From contig DASZDK010000100.1 of the NCBI GenBank assembly GCA_035942035.1, forward strand, positions 1 through 60,944: 60,944 bases of DNA, given 5' to 3'. Below, piece by piece: positions 11,089 through 18,733 of the stretch. Source of the stretch: Acidimicrobiales bacterium. Lineage in GTDB: Bacteria > Actinomycetota > Acidimicrobiia > Acidimicrobiales > CADCSY01. Within the stretch, counting starts at the first letter, position 1; each line of letters begins with the position of its first letter. Position numbers and translations under genes: made by a program. The notes below the pieces were generated by a model. The model was not told where the DNA came from. It saw only the letters and a list, made by a program, of their open reading frames with translations, and ran no database searches.

Positions 11089-12708
11089 GTGCGAGCGATG
11101 ACGTCGACAGGAGCATGTCGGATCGCGGTGGTGGTGATGGTGGCGGTGCTGGGGCTGGGGCCGCCGGCCGTTGCCGCGCCGGAAAACGGTGAGGCGGAGG
11201 CGCCGGAGGCGACGGCTGCGGTGCAGGTGACCCCCAACCCCAGGCGAACCCGGGCCCACTCGTCGCCCCAGCTGGCGGTGAACCCCACCAACGGGGAGCT
11301 GGCGATCGTCGAGTCCGAGGTCCGTCACGACTTCCGCTGTGACCTGCACCTGTCCGTGAACGGAGGGCGCAGCTGGTTCCTCGGCGGCGATCTCATGATG
11401 GAGCCCTGGACGGAGTGCTCCCGCAAGGCCATCAACGGGCCCTACGCCACGCTGGCCTTCGACGGTGACGGCGTGCTCTACGTCGCTTTCTACGCCAGCG
11501 ATCCGCAGTTCGCCGACGCCGAGGATCTTCCGCTCCACATCTTCCTGGCCCGCTCCGATGACGGCGGGCGCACGTTCGAGACCAACTTCGTGCACCGTTC
11601 GCCGGAACCGGTCGAGGAGGACGAGGGCTTGCACAACAATGACCGCCCCATGGTGGCCATCGACCCCGACGACCACGACAACGTCTACGTCAGTTGGATG
11701 CAGCGGGGCGCTGAGGGGGAGAAGGCCGCCAAGGCGATGGTGGCGGCATCCGAGGACGGCGGCCGCAACTTCGCCGAGCCGGTGGACCTCACCGACGAGC
11801 GCGGCGGCTACCAGGCCCGTCCCACCGTGGCGCCCGACGGCACCGTGCACGTCATCTATCCCATCGGCCTCGACGCCAGGCCCGAGAACGTGGAGCCCTT
11901 TGGCGTGGTGCGCACGGTGTACCACCGCAGCTCCACCGACAACGGAAAGACGTGGTCCGATCGGACCGAGGTCGACCAGGGCAACGCCGGGTTCTACGGG
12001 GGGCGCAAGTACCTGCTGACCTCCGACGATGAGGGGAGGCTGTACGCCGTCTGGTACGCCAACCCGGAGCCGGAGTTTGACCCCACGAAGGAAGACGTGG
12101 ACATCTTCCTGCGCACCTCCGACGACGGGGGCCGAACGTGGGGCGATCGGGTGACCGTCAACGACGACGCCGACCAGGAGCTGGTCAACCACTACGACCC
12201 GGGGATCGCCATCGCTCCCAACGGCCGGGTCGACATCGCCTGGTACGACTTCCGCAACAGCCCCTACCCGGAGCAGTTTCCCGACGAGTTCAGCCCCCCG
12301 TTCAACCACGGCGGTTACCAAGACGTCTACTACACCTGGTCCGACGATGGCGGCCGAACGTTCGCTCCCAACGTCCGCATCAGCGACCGCATCATCAACC
12401 GGGAGATCGGGGTGTGGTCGAACAACATCCACAGCCACATGAGCGTGGGCATGGCCTCGACCGACGAGGGCGCGTACTTTGCCTGGCAGGACAGCCGGAA
12501 CGGCGATGAGGAGAACCAGGCCGAGGACGTGTACTTCGCGTCGGCCCTCCACGAACCCGCAGCGGCAGGCGAGGGTGGCGGTGGCATGCCGGGATGGGCG
12601 GTGGCCGCCATCATCGTCACCAGCATCCTCGTCGGCGTGGGGCTGACCCTGTTGGTCGTGTCACTGTCCGCTCGCCGCCGGTCCGGGGAGGCGCCGGCCG
12701 CGGCCTGA
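11089..12708 (+). CDS. Secreted/membrane-anchored BNR (Asp-box) repeat beta-propeller protein
   Basis: N-terminal signal-like segment. Six SxDxGxTW/F Asp-boxes (SVNGGRSW, SDDGGRTF, SEDGGRNF, STDNGKTW, SDDGGRTW, SDDGGRTF). C-terminal hydrophobic helix followed by RRR. The start may be ATG 11098. Confidence 0.8.
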   Translation: MRAMTSTGACRIAVVVMVAVLGLGPPAVAAPENGEAEAPEATAAVQVTPNPRRTRAHSSPQLAVNPTNGELAIVESEVRHDFRCDLHLSVNGGRSWFLGGDLMMEPWTECSRKAINGPYATLAFDGDGVLYVAFYASDPQFADAEDLPLHIFLARSDDGGRTFETNFVHRSPEPVEEDEGLHNNDRPMVAIDPDDHDNVYVSWMQRGAEGEKAAKAMVAASEDGGRNFAEPVDLTDERGGYQARPTVAPDGTVHVIYPIGLDARPENVEPFGVVRTVYHRSSTDNGKTWSDRTEVDQGNAGFYGGRKYLLTSDDEGRLYAVWYANPEPEFDPTKEDVDIFLRTSDDGGRTWGDRVTVNDDADQELVNHYDPGIAIAPNGRVDIAWYDFRNSPYPEQFPDEFSPPFNHGGYQDVYYTWSDDGGRTFAPNVRISDRIINREIGVWSNNIHSHMSVGMASTDEGAYFAWQDSRNGDEENQAEDVYFASALHEPAAAGEGGGGMPGWAVAAIIVTSILVGVGLTLLVVSLSARRRSGEAPAAA

Positions 12709-13254
12709 GGCGAGAGCCGTCCGGCCGTCGGGCTCGTCCGTTCCCACCGCGTCCGGCGGGGCCGCGGTACGGAGGAGGACCTGCTCCTCCACGGGGAGCT
12801 CCCGGGCGCCGCCCTCGCCGCTCTGTTCCTGGCGGCGCCGGCGGACGACCCGCCACATGTCGGCGGCCATGCCCGAGACGTTGTGGGCGGCGATGCGCAG
12901 CAGGGAGTAGCGGCACTCCGGGCCGCTGCACCTCCTCGTGGCCAGCGGCGAGTGCCGGTCGACGTGGGCCGAGACGTGGTTCCCCTCGCCCACGCTCACG
13001 TGCAGGCTGTCCTGGGCCGAGATCTCCCGGTAGGAGACGCGGTTGGGGTGGTACAGCCGCCCGATGGTGGTGTCGCGGCAGAAGCGGTCGCTGGCCTCGA
13101 GGTTGGCCACCAGGGCGGCGGGATCGGGGCTCTCGAAGGAGGCGCCGGGACGGCGAGGGACGGCCGGGGTGGCGCCGGGGTGGCGCTGCTCGCGCCGGCG
13201 CGACCAGGGGACCGGTCGTCGTTGCTGGGCGCGCGTGGGTACATCGACTGGCAT
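12661..13254 (-). CDS. Hypothetical protein (197 aa), no family recognised
   Basis: Nearly saturated G/C third positions in this frame, and a globular-looking core (FCRDTTIGRLYHPNRVSYREI...HVSAHVDRHSPL...LLRIAAHNVSGMAADMW). The antisense ORFs are low-complexity. Confidence 0.45.
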   Translation of the reverse strand: MPVDVPTRAQQRRPVPWSRRREQRHPGATPAVPRRPGASFESPDPAALVANLEASDRFCRDTTIGRLYHPNRVSYREISAQDSLHVSVGEGNHVSAHVDRHSPLATRRCSGPECRYSLLRIAAHNVSGMAADMWRVVRRRRQEQSGEGGARELPVEEQVLLRTAAPPDAVGTDEPDGRTALASGRGRRLPGPAASGQ

Positions 13255-13342
13255 GGAAGGCTTCTCCGGGGTGCGTTCGGGCGGGGGGCGACGGACCGCG
13301 TCCGGAGGACGTCGTGTCCGACCTGGTCCATGTTAGAGGGAT

Positions 13343-13358
13343 CGTGAGAGTTTTCACA
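13343..13358 (-). promoter_or_regulatory. CRP/FNR-type palindrome (TGTGA-N6-TCACG on the minus strand) upstream of the 12661..13254 gene
   Basis: The plus strand reads CGTGA GAGTTT TCACA, matching 9 of 10 positions of TGTGA-N6-TCACA. It lies in a locally AT-richer stretch 89-104 nt upstream of the start at 13254. A possible TTGTGA/TAACAT promoter overlaps it. Confidence 0.35.
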
Positions 13359-13429
13359 ATCTCTTCTGGCGATGGCACCTGCCGCTCAGACGGCACCCGC
13401 CGGCAGCCCGGGGGCCGGGGACCGGAGCT

Positions 13430-14050
13430 TCAGTCGGTCGGGCGGTGTCCCTGCGACCGGCCGGCCAGCCGCCAGGCGGCGGGCAGCAGCAGGCCGGCGG
13501 CGACGAGCTTGACCGCGTCGCCGATGACGAACGGGAGGAGGCCTTGGGTCAGGGCGGTGGTGGCGTCGGCGTCGATCACGAAGGCCAGCCAGGTGACTCC
13601 GAGCAGGTAGATCACCGCCGTGCCCGCCAGCATGGCCGGCACCGAGGTCAACACGGTGCGGTCCTGGCGGTGCTCGGCCAGCCGCCCCACCAGGGCGGCG
13701 GCAAGGACGAAGCCCACCAGGTAGCCCCCGGTGGCGCCGGTGGCGACCTGCCAGCCGCTGGCGCCGTCGGCGTAGAAGGGCAGGCCTCCGGCGCCGAGGG
13801 CCACGTAGAGCAGCTGGCTGGCCCCGCCGGCCCGCCAGCCCAGCGTGGCCCCTGCCAGCAGCACGGCGAACGTCTGGCCGGTCACGGGCACCGGGGTCCA
13901 CGGCAGGGGGATGGTGATCTGGGCGGCAGCGGCGGTCAGCAGGGCGAAGCCCACGACCAGGGCCACCGTCCGGACCCGGCTCTGGGGCAGGAGGTCGGCG
14001 AGGGTGGCGGGGCCACCGGCCATGGCCAGGCTGGGGTTGGTGGTGGTCAT
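13430..14050 (-). CDS. bioY: Biotin transporter BioY
   Basis: C-terminal 206 aa of ORF 13430..14473 starting at ATG 14050. PVPVTGQTFAVLLAGATLG and GYLVGF motifs, with about 6 hydrophobic helices. Confidence 0.85.
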   Translation of the reverse strand: MTTTNPSLAMAGGPATLADLLPQSRVRTVALVVGFALLTAAAAQITIPLPWTPVPVTGQTFAVLLAGATLGWRAGGASQLLYVALGAGGLPFYADGASGWQVATGATGGYLVGFVLAAALVGRLAEHRQDRTVLTSVPAMLAGTAVIYLLGVTWLAFVIDADATTALTQGLLPFVIGDAVKLVAAGLLLPAAWRLAGRSQGHRPTD

Positions 14051-14156
14051 GACGGGTGTGACTGGTGAACGGGCACGGTCGTTACCGTAGGCGGGACGGC
14101 AGCTCGGCCGGCCCATGGTCGGGCACCCGGCCTGACCCCGTTCGGGGGCCCGCCGT

Positions 14157-15233
14157 ATGCTGTTCGGTGTGGCGAACGGCGGCGAGGTCGAGGTCCGGGG
14201 GCTGAGCAAGGCCTTCGGCTCGGTGGTCGCCCTGCGCGACGTCTCCCTGCGTGCGGCGCCGGGGAGCGTGCTCGCCCTGCTCGGTCCCAGCGGGTGCGGG
14301 AAGACGACGCTGCTACGCAGCATCGCCGGCCTGGAGACGCCCGACGTCGGCGAGATCGTGGTGGGCGGGCGCCTCCTCACGTCCGAGCGCGGGTCGGTGG
14401 CGCCGGAGCAGCGCAAGGTCGGCATGGTGTTCCAGGACTGGGCGCTGTTCCCCCACCTCGACGTGAGGGCCAACGTCGGTTACGGCCTGTCCCGGCCCGA
14501 GCGACGGTCGGGCCGGGTGGAGGAAGCCCTGGCCCTGGTGGGCCTGACCGGTCTGGCCGACCGACCGCCGGGCACGCTCTCGGGCGGTCAGCAACAGCGC
14601 GTGGCGCTGGCCCGGGCGCTTGCGCCCCGGCCGTCGGTGCTGCTGCTCGACGAGCCGTTCTCCAACCTCGACACCTCGCTGCGCGTCCAGGTCCGGGCCG
14701 AGGTGCACCGCCTCCTCGCCGAGCTGGAGATCACCACGGTGTTCGTCACCCACGACCAGGAGGAGGCGTTCGTCCTGGGCGACGAGGTGGTGGTGCTGCG
14801 CGACGGCGCCGTCGAGCAGCAGGGCCCGCCGTCCGAGCTCTACGCCTCGCCGGCCTCGGCATGGGTCGCCGGCTTCGTGGGCGACGCCAACCTTCTGGCC
14901 GGCGAGGCCGACGGCGCCTGGGCCCACACGCCGGTCGGCGCGGTGCCGTTGACGGCGGAGGCCGCCGGCCCCGTGCAGGTGCTGGTCCGGCCCGAGGCGC
15001 TGCGGGTCGACGCCGGCGACGGGGGCGCGGTGGAAGTGGTCGAGTTCTACGGCCACGACAGCGTCTACGAGGTCGCCCTCGACGGCGGCCTGCGCCTGCG
15101 GGCCCGAGTGGCGGGGGCGCCGTGCGTGGGGCGGGGCCAGCGGGTGGGGGTGTCCTACGTGGGGCCGCCGACGGCCACCTGGCCCGCGCCCCGCTCGGCG
15201 GTCACGACGCCGGTGCCGGCCGCCAACCACTAA
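14157..15233 (+). CDS. ABC transporter ATP-binding protein, Fe(III)/polyamine-type (FbpC-like)
   Basis: Walker A GPSGCGKTT, signature LSGGQQQRVALARAL, Walker B LLLDEPFSNLD and a C-terminal TOBE-like extension. Confidence 0.85.
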   Translation: MLFGVANGGEVEVRGLSKAFGSVVALRDVSLRAAPGSVLALLGPSGCGKTTLLRSIAGLETPDVGEIVVGGRLLTSERGSVAPEQRKVGMVFQDWALFPHLDVRANVGYGLSRPERRSGRVEEALALVGLTGLADRPPGTLSGGQQQRVALARALAPRPSVLLLDEPFSNLDTSLRVQVRAEVHRLLAELEITTVFVTHDQEEAFVLGDEVVVLRDGAVEQQGPPSELYASPASAWVAGFVGDANLLAGEADGAWAHTPVGAVPLTAEAAGPVQVLVRPEALRVDAGDGGAVEVVEFYGHDSVYEVALDGGLRLRARVAGAPCVGRGQRVGVSYVGPPTATWPAPRSAVTTPVPAANH

Positions 15234-16830
15234 CCGCCAGCGCCTCCTCGTCGGGCTCCGGTGCTCCGGGGCCCGTCGTCCCGGTGGTCGGCGTCGCCGG
15301 CTCGCGTTCGGACTCGCGTAGCACGAGCAGGGCCATGGGCAGCGCCGACAGGAGCACCAGGGCCAGCGCCGGCGCCGCCGCCCGCCCGAAGAACGCTTCG
15401 CTGGAGGCGTTCCAGACCTGGGTGGCGAGGGTCTGGTACCCGGTCGGCGCCAGGAGCAGCGTGGCCGGCAGCTCCTTCATGCAGGTGAGGAAGACGAGGG
15501 CCGAGCCGGCCAGGGCGCCGGGACGGACCAGCGGCAGCACCACCGACCAGGTGGTGGCCACCTTCGAGCGTCCCAGGAGGCGTGAGGCCTCTTCCAGGGA
15601 GGGGTTGACCTGGAGCAGGGAGGCCCGGATGGCCCCCACCGCCTGGGGCAGGAACAGCACCACGTAGGCCAGCACCAGCATGGTCCTGGTCTGGTAGATC
15701 GCCGGCACCACCCGGGCGCCGAAGAACACCAGCGACAGGGCGACGACCACGCCGGGAAGGGCGTATCCGGCGTAGGACGCCCGCTCCACCAGGCGGGCGA
15801 GCCGGCCCGGGTGACGAGCGGCCAGCACCGCCACGGGCCAGGCGGCGGCCACCGACGCCACCGCGCCGAGCGCCGAGGCGCTGAGGCTGTGGCCGACCAG
15901 GGTGGCGGTGAGGCGGAGCGGCTCGCCGGCGGCCAGGCCCCGCACCAGCCAGTAGGTGACCACGCCGAGGGGGACCACCAGGGCGACACCCACCAGGGCG
16001 GCGCAGGCCGCCGCCGCCGGCCACCGCCACCGCCCGAGGGGGGTGACCGGCGGCTTCCGGCCGCCGCCGGCGTGCAGGCGGTGGTAGGCGGCCTGGCCCC
16101 GACTGCGGGTCTCGACCACCAGCACCACCACGGTCAACGCCACCAGCACCAGCCCCAGGGAGGCGGCGGCCGACCGGTCGAGTGACGCCTGGTACTGCAC
16201 GTAGATCACACGGGTGAACGAGTCGAACCGCAGCAGCGACACCGCTCCGAAGTCGCTGAGGGTGTAGAGGGCCACGAGCAGGGCGCCGGCGGTGATCGAG
16301 GGCCGCAGCTGCGGCAGGGTGACGTGCCAGAAGGTGGCCCGCGTCCCTCGGCCCAGCGTGCGGCTGGCCTCCTCCAGGCTGGGATCGAGGCGGCGCAGGG
16401 CGGCCCGGACGGTGAGGAGCACGTAGGGGTAGCTGAACAGCGTCAGGGCCAGCCAGGCGCCGGGGAAGCCGTAGATCGAGGGCAGCTCCTCCACGCCCAG
16501 CGGCGCCAGCCAGTCGCGGACCATCCCCCGCGGCCCGAGCGCCGCCACGAAGGCGAAGGCGCCGATGTAGGTGGGGATGGCCAGGGGCAGGGCGCTGAGC
16601 ACGGCCCACGCCCGGCGGCCGGGCAGGTCGGTGCGCACGGTCAGCCACGCCATGGGAACGGCGAGGAGCACCGACGTCACCGTCACCGCCACGGCCAGGC
16701 CGGCGGTGCGCACCAGGAGCTCGAGCGTGCGGCCGGAGGCCACGGTGCCCAGAAGGCGGTCGAGGCCGCCGTCGGCCGCCCGAACGGCGAGGTAGCCGGC
16801 CGGCAGCACCGCCACCAGGGCGACCGCCAC
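15202..16830 (-). CDS. Iron(III) ABC transporter permease, duplicated two-domain type (FbpB-like)
   Basis: 542-aa polytopic protein with two MetI-like halves. Lies immediately downstream of the binding-protein gene. Confidence 0.85.
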   Translation of the reverse strand: MAVALVAVLPAGYLAVRAADGGLDRLLGTVASGRTLELLVRTAGLAVAVTVTSVLLAVPMAWLTVRTDLPGRRAWAVLSALPLAIPTYIGAFAFVAALGPRGMVRDWLAPLGVEELPSIYGFPGAWLALTLFSYPYVLLTVRAALRRLDPSLEEASRTLGRGTRATFWHVTLPQLRPSITAGALLVALYTLSDFGAVSLLRFDSFTRVIYVQYQASLDRSAAASLGLVLVALTVVVLVVETRSRGQAAYHRLHAGGGRKPPVTPLGRWRWPAAAACAALVGVALVVPLGVVTYWLVRGLAAGEPLRLTATLVGHSLSASALGAVASVAAAWPVAVLAARHPGRLARLVERASYAGYALPGVVVALSLVFFGARVVPAIYQTRTMLVLAYVVLFLPQAVGAIRASLLQVNPSLEEASRLLGRSKVATTWSVVLPLVRPGALAGSALVFLTCMKELPATLLLAPTGYQTLATQVWNASSEAFFGRAAAPALALVLLSALPMALLVLRESEREPATPTTGTTGPGAPEPDEEALAVSGWRPAPAS

Positions 16831-16877
16831 CCCGGCGGTGGCGAGGGCGCGGCTCGGCGCCGAGCCGCCTCGAGGCC

Positions 16878-17912
16878 TCAGATGACGCCCACCTCGGTCA
16901 GCAGGCGGAGGGTCCCCTCGAGGTCCGAGAGTTGGGCCAGGTCGATGTCGGGCTGCTGCAGCGTCTCGAGCGGGGGGAGCGAGGGGTCGGCCGCCACCCC
17001 GTCGACGAGGGGGATCTCGAACGTCTCGGCGGAGAAGTATTGCTGGGCCGGCTCGCTGAGCAGGAACTCCACCAGCTGGCGAGCCTCCTCCGGCTGGTCG
17101 GAGCCTTCGAGGACGCCCACCCCGGCCACGTTCACCAGCGAGCCCACGTCACCATTGGGGAAGAGGTGGTTGGCGGCGGGGAAGTCAGGGTTCTCGGCCT
17201 TCACCCGGTGGAGGTAGTAGTGGTTGACGAACCCGGCCTGGATCTCGCCGGCGCCGGCGGCCTCGACGATGGCGATGTTGTTCTCGTAGACCTTGGGCTC
17301 GTTGGCCTGGATTCCCTCCAACCACGCCCGGGCGCCGTCCTCGCCCTCCGTCACCCGCAAGGCGGTCACGAAGGCCTGGAAGGAGCCGTTGGTGGGCGCC
17401 CAACCGATCTTGCCGCCTTTCCAGCGGTCGGCGGTGAACCCCAGGATGGAGTCGGGCAGCGCCGACTCGTTGAGCGCCGCCGTGTTGTAGACGGCCACCC
17501 GGGCTCGCCCGGACACGCCCACCCAGTCGCCGTTCACCGAGCGGAACTGCGGGTCGACCTGGTCGAGCACGCCGGTGGGGAGCTGGGCGAAGCGTCCCTC
17601 CGACGACAGGGCCCCGAGCGCGCCGGCGTCCTGGGCGAAGAACACGTCGGCCGGTGAGTTGTCGCCTTCCTCGAGGATGGCTCCCGCCATCTCGGCGGTG
17701 GCGCCGTAGCGCACCTGGACGCGGATGCCGGTCTCGTCCTGGAACTGCTCGATGACCGGCCGGACGAGCTCCTCGCTGCGCCCCGAATAGATGGTCAGCG
17801 TCGGGCCGGCTTCACCGCCGGCGTCGCCACCGCCGTCGCCGCCCGAGCCGCCGCAGGTGGCGAGGAGCATGGTGGCGGTCATGAGCAGCGGGAGCAGGCG
17901 GCGTCGGGTCAT
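16878..17912 (-). CDS. Fe(III) ABC transporter substrate-binding lipoprotein (FbpA/AfuA-like)
   Basis: Signal peptide with lipobox (LLATCGG), then TIYSGRSEELVRPVIEQF...ADVFFAQDAG, typical of ferric-binding proteins. Confidence 0.85.
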   Translation of the reverse strand: MTRRRLLPLLMTATMLLATCGGSGGDGGGDAGGEAGPTLTIYSGRSEELVRPVIEQFQDETGIRVQVRYGATAEMAGAILEEGDNSPADVFFAQDAGALGALSSEGRFAQLPTGVLDQVDPQFRSVNGDWVGVSGRARVAVYNTAALNESALPDSILGFTADRWKGGKIGWAPTNGSFQAFVTALRVTEGEDGARAWLEGIQANEPKVYENNIAIVEAAGAGEIQAGFVNHYYLHRVKAENPDFPAANHLFPNGDVGSLVNVAGVGVLEGSDQPEEARQLVEFLLSEPAQQYFSAETFEIPLVDGVAADPSLPPLETLQQPDIDLAQLSDLEGTLRLLTEVGVI

Positions 17913-17940
17913 GGGATCTCCGAGTCGAGCGGGTCTGACC

Positions 17941-17982
17941 GGTTAGGCGGTTAGGCGGTTAGGCGGTTAGGCCGGCCTAACC
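17941..17982 (-). promoter_or_regulatory. Four tandem GGTTAGGC octamers plus one inverted copy (perfect 18-bp palindrome GGTTAGGCCGGCCTAACC at 17965-17982); candidate IdeR/DtxR-type operator
   Basis: Read directly. It lies 29-70 nt upstream of the ferric-binding-protein start codon and 52 nt downstream of the ideR stop. The TTAGG/CCTAA half-sites resemble the iron-box consensus TTAGGTTAGGCTAACCTAA, but the spacing differs. Confidence 0.6.
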
Positions 17983-18034
17983 TACGAGGCGGTCATCCCA
18001 GGGTCAACGCGGGGGCTCGGGCGAACGCTGGGTG

Positions 18035-18712
18035 TCAGGACACCGGAACGCCGGCAGGAAGCGACACGAGGATCCGGCTGGCGGCGAAGGGGCCGATCCC
18101 GACGTGACGCCCTTCGATGTTGACCGTGACCGTCCCGTCGGGCGAGGCGGCGGTGAGGGTCCCGGACATGCCCGGCTTCACCAGGTTCTCCTCGAGGAAC
18201 TCGAGCACTCCCGGGGTGAACTCCAGCTCCTCGGGGATGCGGGTGACGGCGAACGCCGTCCCCACCTTCAGCTCGGCCAGGGCGACCACCTCGGGCTCGG
18301 TGTAGTCGGAGCCGGGGATGGGGTTGCCGTGGGGGCAGGTGGTGGGGCCACCGAGGAGGCGGTTGATGGCCTTCTCGACCTTGTCGTTGAGCACGTGCTC
18401 CCAGCGGCCGGCCTCATGGTGGGCCTCAGCCCAGTTGAGGCCGAGCACGTCGGTGAGGAAGCGCTCGGCCAGGCGGTGGCGGCGCACGACCTGCTCGGCC
18501 AGCACCACCCCCTCGTCGGTGAGGTGGATGCCGCCGTCGACGGTGACCAGGCCCTCGGTGGCCATGCGCCGGATCATCTCGGACACGGCCGGCCGGGAGA
18601 TGTCGAGGCGGTCGGCGATGCGGGCCTGGATGACCTCGAGGTCGTCTTCCTCGAGCTCGAAGATGGCCTCGCAGTACTCAGCGAAGGCCGTACGCGGCTC
18701 TTGCACGGGCAT
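18035..18712 (-). CDS. ideR: Iron-dependent repressor, DtxR/IdeR family with C-terminal SH3-like (FeoA) domain
   Basis: HTH segment ARIADRLDISRPAVSEMIRRM, metal-site helix RHRLAERFL...HHEAGRWEHVL, and the 225-aa three-domain length. Confidence 0.9.
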   Translation of the reverse strand: MPVQEPRTAFAEYCEAIFELEEDDLEVIQARIADRLDISRPAVSEMIRRMATEGLVTVDGGIHLTDEGVVLAEQVVRRHRLAERFLTDVLGLNWAEAHHEAGRWEHVLNDKVEKAINRLLGGPTTCPHGNPIPGSDYTEPEVVALAELKVGTAFAVTRIPEELEFTPGVLEFLEENLVKPGMSGTLTAASPDGTVTVNIEGRHVGIGPFAASRILVSLPAGVPVS

Positions 18713-18733
18713 GGCCCCAGCGTATCCACAGCG

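Noticed and set aside
14066-14085. TGAAC...GTTAC as a biotin-regulator (BioQ/BirA-type) operator upstream of bioY
   Set aside because: The two words are 10 nt apart rather than the short spacing I recall for BioQ sites, and they are not reverse complements of each other. Evidence is insufficient.
17941-17982. CRISPR-like or telomere-like repeat array (TTAGGC words)
   Set aside because: The units are only 8 bp and contiguous, with no spacers and no cas genes. The position between ideR and an iron-uptake promoter fits an operator much better.
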